Source: Octopus bimaculoides
Lineage: Eukaryota
Reading direction: 5' to 3'
Length of the DNA: 64,000 nt
NCBI RefSeq assembly: GCF_001194135.2
Contig: NC_068988.1
Coordinates: forward strand, 91,961,713-92,025,712
The notes beneath the pieces were generated by a model. That model ran no database searches. It saw nothing but the letters and a program-made list of their open reading frames with translations, and was not told where the DNA came from. This document shows positions 11,701 through 27,052 of this stretch, in pieces. How positions within the stretch are numbered: the first letter of the stretch is position 1; the number at the start of each line of letters is the position of its first letter. Made by a program: the position numbers and the translations under genes.

Positions 11701-14700
11701 CTGACTTGAAAAGCTACAAAAGAGATGGCATAGAGAAAAAAATGTATGGAGTAATAATAACATTTGCATTGTATGAATTAAATTAATAAAGAGTGGAATA
11801 TTTTAAGGCCATAAATGGGAATTAAAAATATAAAGGGTTTTGATGTGTCCAGAAGAATTTCTAAACTTTCCAATGTCACTCCAGAACTTCAACTAATAGC
11901 AAAATAGTCTGTCATAGGATTCTCAATAAGTTTTCCAATGAGATAAATTACCTTAATTTGCAAAATCAATTAATGAAGAAACATAAATGTATTTGAAAGT
12001 TAAGCAGACATGCTACTGGCTAAAGCATTCAACACAACCTATACTCGAGAAAAGTGTCAACTCAAGTGTTTAGTGGCTTTAAAACCATTAGGCTTTGGCC
12101 ATGCTGGAGCACTGCCAAGATTTTAGAAACTATGAACATCTTGCAGTAATGTAAGAAATTCTAATATTGAATGGAAATTATATAAAGTCAGAAGGATCAT
12201 TTTAATTCATTTGAGAAATTTTTTTTTTTTTTAAAGTTCAAAAACAAAATTTAGTAAACATGATGAACTGGTGTTTTAATACAAGGCAGCAGAATAAAAC
12301 AAAACCAAAAACAAAAAAAAATTTAAAACAAAAAATAAACAGCTCTCAATCCACATTGACAGTTGTAAGAACAAGCATATAGGTATTTTCAGTAATCATG
12401 CAGAGAACATTCCAACATCACTTACCAAACTTCATCTGTATGTACAGATGGGGCAAATTAAAAGTAAAGTAAAACAAAAGAATACTATGGAAACTATGAT
12501 TTGTGTTACATCTCAACCATATTGAATTAGAGAAAGTTTAGAAACTAGAGAGAGATTTCACATACACATTCATTGGTCTTTAGCAGAAGTGAGAGAGAGA
12601 GGGGGAGAGGGAGAGATATACAGGTGATAATTATGTTGATGACATCTACCTGGCTTTCTTGTCATAATAAGTGTCTTCTAAGTAGACTAACATGACCTTC
12701 ATTTCTGTTTAGTCAAAGGGGAAAACTGATCAACCAACTAGTTACTTATCTTCCATTCTTATCTTTCTCAGAACATAAAAGAAATGGGTAGAAACCTATC
12801 TCCCACATGAGTAATGGTGGGTTTGGTTATATTTCTGTTTGTCAATGATTAACTCTCAATGTTCTTACATCAAGCTCAATAGATCACAGCTGGAACCAAG
12901 TAAATGTAGAAGTATAACTTAATATTTTGACCCAATATAATTGAAGTATGTAGTCCATTTCTACTGGATGACTTCTACTAATTTCTACTTGTCCAAATAT
13001 AGCAACATGAACTTGTTATACTAGTCTTTATATTTCAAAACGGCCTTGATAAAGTAAGTCATGAGGTATGTTTACAGAAGAGAGCCCATGTAAAGGTTTA
13101 TGAATTCACTTTTAAAAACCAAAATTCTCAACTTATCAACATCGGTTTTTAAAGATGACAAAGGAAAGCACAAAATGTAAAACTGAAGTTGCTGATAATT
13201 ACAATTAAGTGATATTTTAAAACTGGACTATATTCAATACAAATAATTCAGAATTTTGGGCCAGAATCGAAGTCAGATTCTTCGTTGAAGATTAGATGAT
13301 GCAAATATGTACATGGAAGAGATAAATGAAGTCATTGCTGCTATATTATTTGGGTTAGTGAAACAACAGAAATAGCCAAAAGTAGAAGAAATTAGAAGGA
13401 CATGTCAATCACAGAAAAACAAGGTTTTATTTGCAGTTTTGATTCAAGGGACAGAAATAAAAATTAACTTTAGTGCAACAAATATAACAATTCTTCAATG
13501 GGGGGAATAGTCGTCTCAATTAATTAACTTTTGAAAAACAATTTAGGTTATATAGAGGTGGAATCTATCAGGAATTGTCTGTCTTTCGAAGGAGATAAAA
13601 AAAACAATACTAATATGAACAAAAAGTTTTTAGCAGACAACAGCAAATAAATATGAATACGGGTAATTAATATTAGACAGTGGATAACTTAATGAATTTG
13701 AGATGGTTCATAAAGTACTCCACTAATCCCCTTCCAACTTTCCTACTTCAATTTGTCTAATTGGGAAACAGAGAATTAAGATAATTTCAATATCACCTGG
13801 TAAGAGTGTACAATGTAGAGCTGACTGACGGCTAGTTAGCACGCTAAGATACGTGAACAAAAAGCATAAACATGTTCAGCAGATCCCATTTGTGACTAAA
13901 TTACAAACAATAAAACCCTAACAAAAAGTCAGCTGGAGGTGGGTGCAGTACAGAGATGGTAAAGTATCACCAAAAGATATAGGGCAAATTGAGGAGAACA
14001 ATTTAAATCTCTCACCAATCAGCTGGATAAAGGATGCTGCATGCTGAGACCCCTTCAGTCACGAATGACCATGGGACTGCACCTAGAAAATTACCCTTCG
14101 TGGCACAAGTCCAGGCAAGGTTGTTTATGGAAGACCGGCAGTCGCCCATGCATACCGGTCTCCCCTCTCCACGCCACCAGTGTTATCGAAGGGAAAGGCA
14201 AAGGCCGATACAGTTTGGCACCTGTGACATCGCAACTCATTTCTACAGCCGAGTGAACTGGAGCAATGTGAAATAAAGTGTCTTGCTCAAGAACACAACA
14301 CGGGATTCGAACTCACAACCTTGCGATCGTAAGCTCAATGCTCTAACCACTGAGCCATGCGCCTTCACAAGGATGTGCATATTAGGTGACAATATAGAGT
14401 GCCATGCCAACAGGTGTCGAGGTTATATAAANNNNNNNNNNNNNNNNNNNNNNNNNNNNNNNNNNNNNNNNNNNNNNNNNNNNNNNNNNNNNNNNNNNNN
14501 NNNNNNNNNNNNNNNNNNNNNNNNNNNNNNNNNNNNNNNNNNNNNNNNNNNNNNNNNNNNNNNNNNNNNNNNNNNNNNNNNNNNNNNNNNNNNNNNNNNN
14601 NNNNNNNNNNNNNNNNNNNNNNNNNNNNNNNNNNNNNNNNNNNNNNNNNNNNNNNNNNNNNNNNNNNNNNNNNNNNNNNNNNNNNNNNNNNNNNNNNNNN

Positions 14701-16218
14701 NNNNNNNNNNNNNNNNNNNNNNNNNNNNNNNNNNNNNNNNNNNNNNNNNNNNNNNNNNNNNNNNNNNNNNNNNNNNNNNNNNNNNNNNNNNNNNNNNNNN
14801 NNNNNNNNNNNNNNNNNNNNNNNNNNNNNNNNNNNNNNNNNNNNNNNNNNNNNNNNNNNNNNNNNNNAAAGACGGCATAATAGAGACACATGTAGAGAGA
14901 AATTTAAGCAAAACAGCTGGGGTGACAGGAGTTTTATTTCTCCTCTCATCATCATCATCGTTTAACGTCCGCTTTCCATTCTAGCATGGGTTAGACGATT
15001 GACTGAGGACTGGTGGATCAAGAGGTGACACCAAGCTCCAATCTGATTTGGCAGAGTTTCTACAGCTGGATGCCCTTCCTAACACCAACCACTCCGAGAG
15101 TGTAGTGGGTGCTTTTACGTGCCACCGGCACAAGGGCCAGTCAGGCAGGAACTGGCGACGGCCATGCTTGAAATGGTGTATTTTACATGCCACCTGCACA
15201 GGAGCCAGTCCATCGGCACTGGCAATGATCTCGCTTGAATGTCTTTTCACGTGCCACAGCTTTATATATATTAAATTATATACCAGCCTGAAGGAAGTGA
15301 ACATAAAAATGACGATGACGGTGATTATATATATGGCGTGATAGGTACATAGTGTATGAAGAGAGACTCCAGGATGAAGGGAAACTATAAAGAGATGTAT
15401 TGTTTATAGAAATGGCTGGTCTAAACTCAGCGCAGCTAGTTATTTGCTGATTCTGAAGTGACCCCACTAAATACAGTGCTGAACCATTCCTAACATGCAG
15501 CATGTACTCGGACATTTACTGTTAAGAATTTCACCACAAATATAGCAAGCACTAGAAACAGCTAACCTTTTTAACTCATAGTACATCATCAGACTACCAA
15601 CTGGACCATCAATAACTTTGTGTGTTTGAATGTATGTATCGACAAGTATATGAAAGAGTGGGTGTATGTGTGTGCATTACACAGAAAGGAAGAGTATCGA
15701 CAGGACTGTTGATTTGCAGAGCATTTATGAGGTGCCTACCTAGAATACTAGGTTTCCTTTAAAAAATATAAGGGGTTGAAACAGCACCCAACATCCTGGA
15801 CATTGATATTCAATACAGCATAACAGTGTGTGTGTGAGTGTGCAAATGCACATGCATATATTGCTATAGTATAAATATCAATGTCAAATTCCTTAGAAGT
15901 TGACTAACCAATATGGTATAGAAATCTTTTCTTCGTAAATATTTATTGCAAAGATTTTATATTTTCAGATAATATATAACTAGTGAAAGATTTAATCTTT
16001 GGAGACCAAATTTTTAAGAAATATTTCCTTTCAGCTGTTTTGATTAGTTTGATCTCTTGTCGCTACTAACATATTCATTAACTGACATTCACTGTACCTG
16101 GTTAGTTAAACAATATCAGACTAGTTTCAAACTACAAACTTTTATTTGTTAACTGCAGCTAATTAAGATCGTATCTCCTAAACACTAAGTTTAGGAGTAA
16201 TTCTTGCATTATATGAGT

Positions 16219-16268
<50 letters not shown>

Positions 16269-17655
16269 CATTTTATGTCACTTTTCCTTGCCTGTGGGGG
16301 TCAGATGGAGTTTTGATTTTTCTAAGGCAGGATGCCCTTCCTGTAACCAAGCCTTACCTGTTTCCAACCAAGGTAATATTTTGTGAGAACATGTCTGGCT
16401 ATGGGGAAAATATTAGAAATGAATGACACAGCTGCTTGTGTGACTGTGACACTTGTTTACAACCATCATGTGATGTCAAGACAAGGAGACACAAAAACAC
16501 ACACTCACACAGAACTTCTTTCAGTTCCCATTTACCCAAGGATTTGGTCAGGCTAGGACTTATAATACAAAACACTTGCCCATACAGAAGGGCCAATTTG
16601 GAAGCATGTGGTTGGGAAGCAAACTTCTTATCACATAGCCATGCCTGCATAGACATACACAAACATGTAAATATATTTAAATACAGTTCCTTGTACCAAT
16701 TCTGTCTATTATCATGTATAAGGTAAATGAAAACAATCAACTGATCCAACTAATGGAAACACTGTGCAGATGGAAATAACGGAAAAAACCTTATCTCTGG
16801 GACTGAGCTTAATAATCTGAAAAACTTCTTATCCATATTTCTTTTCAGTTATGGAGTAAAAAAAAAAACCAGCAAAGGTTATCATGTGACTAGTTCCCAT
16901 TTAAAATGTGACCAACTCTTTAGTATTCAGATTACTCTGGCACATGGAATGTCGTTTCTTCACAATGTGTTCAATTAATTATGCATTATTTTTGTAGCTT
17001 CAAGATTTCAATGATATGATTATTTTTAGAATGACATTGTAAGGTAAGGTATGAAAGGCCAGATCTGAAAACTTCAAACACAAAACAAGTAGAATATTTG
17101 AACCAGATAAGGCTGGTTTAAATGCTAACGGGTTAATTTGCTGCGGGGGGGGGGGGGTCATATTCCTCCAAGACTAAGGGTTATAGATATGTTAAAAATG
17201 ATGATGGATATACTGTGTGTGTGTGTGTGTGTGTGTGTGCACGTGCGCACGCACACACACACATACATATAAGAGATAACTTATTTTCACTCAACTTTCT
17301 TAATAACGGTGTGAACACAAAAACAAAAAGATAAAATAATTTTGGGATCTCTGAATATGCTTAGTCGTTGCATAAACCTCAGCCTGCAATCAGATTCGTT
17401 ATTGTAATTTTATCCTTGTTAGATTTGTATTATATCCCTACTGATGCCCTTCAGAACAAATTGCAACAACTTCTACTTTGAGATCTGAGATAGACGTGTG
17501 ATAAACACGAATGTTTATCCCATATTTCTAACAAATACAACACACTAATTTTCCACAGATATTCAATCCTAATTTTAGCTTCCATTAGTTTTCCCAGTTA
17601 AAAACCAACTGTAGGAATCAATTTCTGCAGTCTTAATTATCTAATTCCTCAATGA

Positions 17656-17700
<45 letters not shown>

Positions 17701-18388
17701 CATTATTTTCATCATCAAAAAATATATTGGAATCAATTTTTAAATTTTATATAATATGTAGGAAATGGCTAAAATATTGAAATAAAACCACAGAAGAAAA
17801 CCAAAATGGTACTCTGTAAGACTTAAGTGCTAGCATAAAAATGATTGTAATTTTGGAATATAAATATATAAGAATGGTCTTTGATATTAGTCATAGTTCT
17901 ACAACAGTATAAAGATGGTATAGCATTAATCCACATAGTATGATTTTATTTTTGAAATGCATGAAGATTACTTTTATTCTATTTCATATATTTCAGGATG
18001 AGTGTGTAGAGTTAACTAACAAACTGTGATACAAAGCTGTTTTTTGTTTTCTTTGTGGACAGAATTATATTGTAGAAGTAGCTATTTTGTTTAATATATT
18101 CATGATTGTAGAAGATTTATTGGGCTAAGTTTGTTTAACAGCAATTGCAGTGTGAAAAACTTAAATAGAAGAAACAAAGGGAAAATACATGCTATGGTCA
18201 GTTGATAACATTGACAACATACAAAGGTAAACTAATAGACCATTTTATTATGATGAAGATGAGAGAGAAAGATTAAGCTGGTGAAAGAATGAGCAAGAGA
18301 AATATAACGAGTTTCTGTGAGTTATTCTTATAGTATATATATTTCATTGAATTCTTGCACTGCTGTATGCCCCCACATGTGCATACAT

Positions 18389-18439
<51 letters not shown>

Positions 18440-18648
18440 NNNNNNNNNNNNNNNNNNNNNNNNNNNNNNNNNNNNNNNNNNNNNNNNNNNNNNNNNNNNN
18501 NNNNNNNNNNNNNNNNNNNNNNNNNNNNNNNNNNNNNNNNNNNNNNNNNNNNNNNNNNNNNNNNNNNNNNNNNNNNNNNNNNNNNNNNNNNNNNNNNNNN
18601 NNNNNNNNNNNNNNNNNNNNNNNNNNNNNNNNNNNNNNNNNNNNNNNN

Positions 18649-18682
<34 letters not shown>

Positions 18683-18683
18683 T

Positions 18684-18725
<42 letters not shown>

Positions 18726-21700
18726 CATACATACGTGTGTGTGTGTGAGAGAGAGTGTGTATGCATGCACACAAACATACATACAGGATATGGTCAACCC
18801 AACCCACCAACGAAGGAAGTGACTCCAAAGCAACTCTGAGTAAGAATGATTTAAACTATAGAAACCCATTCAATCCTGGCCATGTAAAATGATGATGACA
18901 ATGATACTCTTGTGTACACACACACACACACACAGGTATAGAACTGTGAAATGGTTAAGAAGTTTCCTTGAAAACCATGATGTCCTCAAGTTCAATCCTA
19001 CTGCATGGCATCTTAGGCAAATAGAATTTCCTATAGACTTGGGCCAACCCATACCTTGTGAGAGAAACCGAGTAGGTGAAAACTGTATAGAAGCCCATTA
19101 GATGGTTTGTGAAAGACACAGCTTTGTCATACACTTCCTCATGTTGATTATTTCCTTAAGAATCACATTAAGGGCACATGTATCTATTGAATGCTCCATT
19201 ACCTACAGGCTGGTTTAAGGAGCAGGAAATTCAGTTAATCAAGCAACTGAATACACATACACACACACACACACACATAAGAGGAGATCAAACAGATTTT
19301 GGCAAATCAAAAAGCAATTTCATAAATTTTTGGATAACATATTTGGCTAAATATCACCTGGTGAAATGGGGTGAATAGATAACAATACTTATTTCTGTAA
19401 TGTTATCTAATATATTATATAAAGACTTCGTATTTTGGGAGAAGACCCTGCTATTGAAATACATGCAGTGAAGTTGTGAACTAAGTTTATTTTTGCTTAA
19501 ATATGTATATACAAGAAACACACATTAACGCCTTCTGACTACTAAGTTGCCTTTGTCACAAGGAATGGCATTGGATCTGTCCATATTAAACAACATCCTT
19601 GACCACTACTCCTCTTTGCTACTAGTCATCATTTACTCTTCTCCACATCACTCTTTCTTGACACCTCCTACCTACACTTGCTTAACACTCTCCATATCTG
19701 CTGCTATCCATCATCCCTTCTTACCATGTTATGCATCAATACTCTCTCTCTCTCTCTCTCTCTCTGTCACATTACTACCATTTCTGTCACTATATAGTGA
19801 CATGTGCAACTCTCAATCACATACATGACTCCCTCTTAGTTCACCATTTACTCACTAATTTACCCACTATTCATTCTCGCTTCCTCCATCAGGCTACTCC
19901 AGTTGTCTTTCTATTTCAGCCTGTTACCAACAACCAGTATGTAGCTGCCTAAATACTGTCTTTCTTTTCCTGCTCCTACCAATAGATTTCTCCCATCATA
20001 CTCTCTCACACTGGTCCTCTCTGTCATCACCTTGTTGCGCATTAATTCGCTCAGTCACATTTGCTTGATCACATGGAGATGTAGTGTGTGTATGGAGGGG
20101 TGGGGGCGGGGTAGTTGTAGAACCCTGTGCACTTGAAAAGTACATTCTCTAGCGGCTTCAGTTGAAGACATCTACACAGACCACCTGCAACTCTCAAGAA
20201 ACAACTAACTGTTCAGAGGGGAATTCAAACGATCTATAAAGCCAAGTGTGATCCCAAGAAACTACATAGGCTAAACAGTCAATGACTTTGAAATAAGATT
20301 TACAAAGCACACGCATATCTTTTGATGCTGGAGAGTTGAAAACTCTACATCCCTATCCTGCTTCATCAGCAGACAGAGGGACCAAGGAAATGACTTTGTC
20401 AATATCAGAGGGGCCATCTTTACTCACCTGGAGCTTGTAATTGTTACTGCTGCCTTCATGAACATCTGCATACACTCCAACAGCCTGCAGTATCCATCAA
20501 CAGGGAAACTGACCTACCAGTTTGTTGCCGTTAAGGAAACACCATGTTAATTAACTTCAAACCGTTGGCCACCACAGAAATACTACCTTAATGCTATGTG
20601 GCCCATGGACAAAAAAAAAATATTCTTTTTTTTAAATAGACAACACCTGCGTGCTCATACCAAGGTAGTACTGACCACCAAAATTACCTACCATTGCTAA
20701 CACCAAGCAACAACAACAGCCATTAAGACATACCAACAGGTAACCTGACATAGCCAGACAGTTGACAAAGTATGAACAGGAGCAGGCATATATTTTCAAC
20801 TGCTCTTGAGGACCTATCCACTTTGGATGTGGAAAACTAGCTGGTACAACTTGACTGACTGTTTTCATACATGGAACAACATATAACATTTGCTATTGCT
20901 AACCTGACAAGTTGAAATACCTAAACAGAACCACCCAATATAGGCACCCATATATTCTCACCCGGGAACCTTTTTTTTTCTCTCTTCATCACTGATCTGA
21001 AGGCAACTGACCGAGGTTTATGAATTGAAACTTCAAATAATGAAGTAATGAAGTAATGAAGGACTGAGTCAACTTTCTAACACACACACACACACAAACA
21101 AACACATATAGATGAGATACAATGATCAATACACACACAACAGAGCATATATACACCTATACATACATACACACACAATATAATCACCATTTTAACGTCT
21201 GCATTTTCATGCTGATATGGGTCAGGCAGAATTCATTGAAGCAGACTTTCTATGGCCAAATAACTGGCCTGTTACCAGCCATCACTTTCAAAAAAGCATA
21301 TTTCTCCTTGGTCAGAGGTGTTGCTCCTGGAAGACTGGAAATGGCCAACATTACTTGACACTCATTTACAACCATCCTCGTCGATAAACGACAGATGAGG
21401 ATCCAGTAATTTCTTGCTGAACAACCACACAAATGCTTTTTGTTTATAGTGATCACATACAGTCACTCCCTCCATCAAATCAACATTGCCTGTACGGGTG
21501 CACACGTGCACCATGCATCAGATGTCAGAGACAATTGCAGAGCAGCATGAAATGAAATGTTTTTTATCAAGAACACAATGCACAGCCTGGTCATATGCTG
21601 CATGCACACACGCAAACACACACAACTGTGCCTGGTTTTCAGAATCAGTGCACCATGTGCCTTGTCATACGAGGTAACTAAAAAGGCTACCTTAAAAGCA

Positions 21701-23759
21701 CCATCTAACCTCTGCTAACATGGAAAGGCAAATTTATAAAATGATGATGCATGTGTGCATATGTAAATATATATACATAAAAATATATATATACACACAC
21801 ACACACGCGCGCGCAAATATACATGGTCATATATACATACCTACATATATACATAAACACATGCACATGTTTATACTAATAATACACACACACACACACA
21901 TCTATGTAACCACGAACATATATAATACATGTATGTCACTACACACGCGCATTTGTACATTTGTTGATATAAAAATTTCATGTAGTAATTCATACAAATA
22001 CATATAGTATCAAGACAGTTGACTCTAGAAACATCCCCTTCAAACATGTACTCATGGTTCTGTGTTATTGCGTGTATATTGATTTATGTAATGTGGATCT
22101 AGTTACTGAGTTCTAATTGGGGATTCATTTAAATGTTCTTAGAAAGACAGCCCAGCATTTGTCCGTAAGGATTTATATTAAAAGAATTTTTTTAAAAATC
22201 TTAGAGTCACTTTACTATACTGATAGTTGTAATGGCAACAAATTATTTTAACATATCATAATGATAAAAATAATTAGAAAACATTCAATTAAGGGGAGAT
22301 ATTATATATATAGTGTAGATGAAAGATGAGTGAAAGAACATGAAGACTTAAGGGGTTAGGAGAGATGATAAGCAGATTGCTAATACTGGTTTGTTAGCCT
22401 AGAGTGAGAGATGGTTTATTAGAGATGACAGACAGTCTACTGGTGAGTAACATGGTTGCAAAAGCAGAACTAACTACAAGCAGCCAGATGGAGCAACTAC
22501 AGAAAGAACAACAAGAAATTATAGTAATAATAATAACAACAACAACAACAACAACAACAACAACTGGTAAATTAAATGAAAATTAAAAAGACAGAAGAAA
22601 TAAGACAGACATGGCAGAAATAAACAAAGAAAGCAGCAGATTGCATACAAAAAACTCAAATGTTAAAATTACAACAGGCTGTAATAGCAATTAACACATG
22701 TACAGTTTACACACACACATTTATATGCGTCAACACATACACACACATACATTTATATGCGTAAACACACACACACACAATCCATAAGATATATTTTGTT
22801 GGACACATATCTTAGCCTTCAGACTTCAAGCTTTGGAGTTCTTATTTCAAGTGGCTTATGTTCCTCTGAACCTAGTGACTCAGTGGAAATATGCAGACAC
22901 ACACACACACATATAATATACATACGTACACATCATAAAATGTGCAGTTAAGAAGCTTACTTCAAAACCATGTGGTCTCAGGTTCAGTCCTACCAAGGAC
23001 TAGTGTCTTGTTCCAAAAAAACAGCAAACAAACCAATGCTTTATACACGCACATATATAGATGCAGATAAATATGTATACACACACACACATATATACAT
23101 ACAAATGTAAATCTGTGTGTTTGTCAATGTATGTATGTTTATATAACAAACTGAAAATTATGAAACAGTACCAGATTGCCAGAAATCCTGGGGACTAAAT
23201 AATCACTAAACTTGAAGGTGGTGCTATGATACAGCTGCTGTATAACAAGGTAGTAAAAGAATAAGTTGAGGAGGTAAGCCTGTATATACTTCGGAAAGAT
23301 GAACACCCCTGCCATACAAAATAAAAGAACTGCCTGGTGGTGGCACTGACTCTTCATGGAGTCGAGGACTAAGAGAAGGGGCACCAAAACAAACCACATG
23401 GCAACATTGAAGACACTGTTTTGCTTGGGTTACACTGTATCATTTGGCTAGACTTTGTAGGGACAACAATTAACACCTGCCTTGAACTGTTCATGCTAGT
23501 AAGAAACAATGCTTTTCCCCAAGACGGTGTCTATAGTAACTGGCAAAAGCTAGCAACAGGTCAAAAATTGAAAACATAACTCTTGCAAGTAACCTTTGTG
23601 ATTAGACAGCTATAAAAACAGCTATGGATAGGCTTGTTTCATATATGTAGATCTGTGTGTTTATGTGTATACATGCACAAACATATACTTACACATATAC
23701 ACGTTATATACATGTATCTTACATGTACATGAACACTATTTATGTGTGTATGTATATGT

Positions 23760-23826
<67 letters not shown>

Positions 23827-25700
23827 GGCACACATTAAGTGCAAATGTTTATGATGGGTGTTGGCATGGCTATGTGGTTACAGGTTACTGTGTGGAACCT
23901 TGAGCAAATGCGTTCTATAGCCCCAGGCCAGCCAAAGCCTTGTAAGTCAATTTTGTAGATGAAAATTGGAGGAAGTTAATGTACAGGTGCATGATGTGCC
24001 ACAGGTCAGGTGATGATGAAATGATTGCAGAACAATGTGAAATGAAGTGGTTTGCTCAAGAACACAACATAACACTCAGTCTGGGAATCAAAACCATGAT
24101 CTCGCAATTGTGGGTGCAAGCATCTAACCACTAAGCCATGTGCCTTCACATACATACATATGTGAGCATATGTTTGTATAACTCTTTGTCTTGATATTAT
24201 GTAATAGTGGTAATCAAGTGTCACCATCATAAAAATGGTGCCTTCAATTAAAATAAGGGTGAGATATTACCTTACTTGGAGACAGATGAGGGTTGACAAC
24301 AGGAAGGAGGGTATTCAACCACATGTATATAATACACACACACAAGTAATTGTATTTTTTTTAAAAAACCCACAGAGAACCACAATGTAGGCTATAGTAC
24401 TCAATTACATATGGTAGAGTGAACTGAGATATTTGTTCATTTATATGCCATCATCTGAATAAACAAATGTATGTAATGTTATCTATGTGTAATATAAATA
24501 TATATGCGATGTAAAGATGTATATTTATATATGATGAATACATATGTAAAATTATATACACACACATCTAGACGCAGGTGGAGCTGAATAGTTAAGTTCA
24601 TTTTACAGCCAGGAGGTCTTGGGTTTGATCCTACTTCATGGCATTATCGTTACTACTACTACTACTACAACTACTATAGTTGGAAACCAAGTAGAAATTC
24701 ATTGGATGGATTACACCTGTAATTCAAAAGTCCAACTATGTCACACTAATTTCACTTGAGAATTACATTAAGGGTATGTCTGTCTGTGGAATACACAGCC
24801 ACTTTTTACACTAATTTGATATATAGCTCATCCACTTAATTGAACAAATGAATCAGACAAGTTCATACTTGACCCACACACGTTCACACTGACACATACA
24901 CACAAGATGCTCCTTACACACATATATGCACTCATGCACACGTCCACACTCATACACACAGAAACAAAAACTATCACATTAGGAGGAGGAGGTGTAGGAG
25001 GAGGAGGAGTTGGTGGATACTCACTTGGTTCTGTCCCATCATGGGAGTGTGAGGCTGCGGGTGGGGGGACGGCTGTGATGCTGGCGGCTGTGGAAGGGGA
25101 GGAAGCATTTGATTGTGATGAAGATGGTGATGCCACAATGATACAAAACCAATGATAAAAGCAGCAACTACACTAGTAGAGAATTACTGTCTTTAACAAC
25201 TAAATTCTATCATTTATTTCTGATACCTACAACAGGAACAATAAACAACAGCAACTAAAAATCACTGTTGTTAATTAGTTTTAACCTCAACAAGCTAACT
25301 TATACACATCATTAACGTTATTAATTATTATTATCATTAATATTATTGTTGTTATTATTATTATTATTATTATCATTATTATTAAAAAGAGTTGCATTTA
25401 GAATATTTTATTTAAATTGGATTATTTATAAAGGACATCACATTAAGGCTAAAATATTTACAGTGTAAAACATTATTTATATGTAGTTAACACGTCTTAA
25501 TATGTCTTGTCACAGTTGAAACTACCTACAGGCACTGAATGGATGGTTGCGTGTGCTCATAGTGGCAACTTGCTCAGCAGTTTAATTACTATACACCATG
25601 GCTCATATAGACAGAACATCAAACATCAACAGAAATAAAAGAATAAACAACATCAAAAGGTTAAAAAAAAACACACAAAAAGATAGCAAAATTTGGAATC

Positions 25701-25760
<60 letters not shown>

Positions 25761-27017
25761 CTTTCTAATTTTAACACAAGGCCAACTATTTTGAAAAAAA
25801 GGAACAAGTCAATTCGATCAATCCCTGTACTAGACTTACTTATTTTATCGACCCCAAGAGGATGGAAGGTAAAGTTGACCTCAATAGAATTTGAACCAGA
25901 AGAAATGCTACTGAGCATTATGTTCAATGCTCAAACAATTCTGCCAGCTTACCAGAGGAATATTAATAATACAAATGATAACAATAATAATTTTTTTTGG
26001 ACATGACAACACTAATTTAAAAAGAGAGAAGAGTAAATTTGAATGAATCAACACCCAGCATGCTTTGAACTCAGAACATACAAGACCAAATACTATAAAA
26101 CAATAGTCTTGTGTTTTTTCTACTTCTGGTAATTCACTGCCATAAATAATTAGTGATAAAGTTTTCATACATTGGTAGAGGACCACAACAAAATTGTACA
26201 GGTGAGGTGCCATCCTGTTGACTCACCCTTTGTGTGTGACTAGTACTTTTAATTTTTATCAATTTTGAAAGGACAAAAGTTCAAATCATCAGGCAGAAGA
26301 TGTGATTTGCTACCCACTTAGGTTTAAGAGCCCTAGGACTCATAAAGGCAAAGTGTTAACCCCAGTTTCCATGACATATAACTGACTGAGATAACAACAT
26401 TGACTCCTGAAATGGGATGCCATTCTGTAGCAGAATCAACTTCCCAGCTATAGCTGGATCTCGTTTACAGCCGAGTGGACTGCAACAACATGAAATGAAG
26501 TGGTTCTGCTCAAGAATACAATGCAATGCAATGAATAGCTGGCCTGGGAATTGAACCCTCAATCTTTACAATTGTGACAGCAACAACCCTAACAACTAGC
26601 CCACATGCATTCACATGATTTACAACAAATAAATAAATAATAATAATAATAATGATATTTACATATAAATAAATAACATGGTGAAATGAGAGTAAGTATT
26701 AAGAAGAACAATGAAATCTGATAATACAACAGTGGACAAAGACAAAACAAATGAGGATTAAGGAATGAGTAATCTTAATATCGTAAGTCATTAACCAAAT
26801 TTGTTAGGGTACACTACACTGGAAGGAAATTAGAAATTCCTCATTTTGAAAGAACAGGATATAGAAATGTACTCGAAAAATTGTCAGCAAAAATGGAGAA
26901 GATGAAATTTTTAAAATTTAGAACCAGTTTGTAGCTTTGCTGGATAGCAAGTAACAAGTTAATCAGGTAGAGATTACAGAACAACAAGGTCAATCCGATA
27001 GAAATTACTGACCCGGA

Positions 27018-27052
<35 letters not shown>

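Noticed and set aside
14283-14984. Long ORFs in the track here and at 18273-18869, 26841-27695, 48314-48682 and 51322-52005
   Set aside because: Their length comes from N runs or (TA)n/(GT)n repeats; only the mariner parts are real transposase remnants.
24828-25136. Pro/Ser-rich 102-aa ORF in the track
   Set aside because: It is the wrong frame; the real coding part is the 63-nt Ssdp exon inside it.
24570-26610. Oppositely oriented tRNA-head SINEs flanking the 63-nt cassette exon
   Set aside because: The two copies share only a very diverged head, so stable pairing is unlikely.
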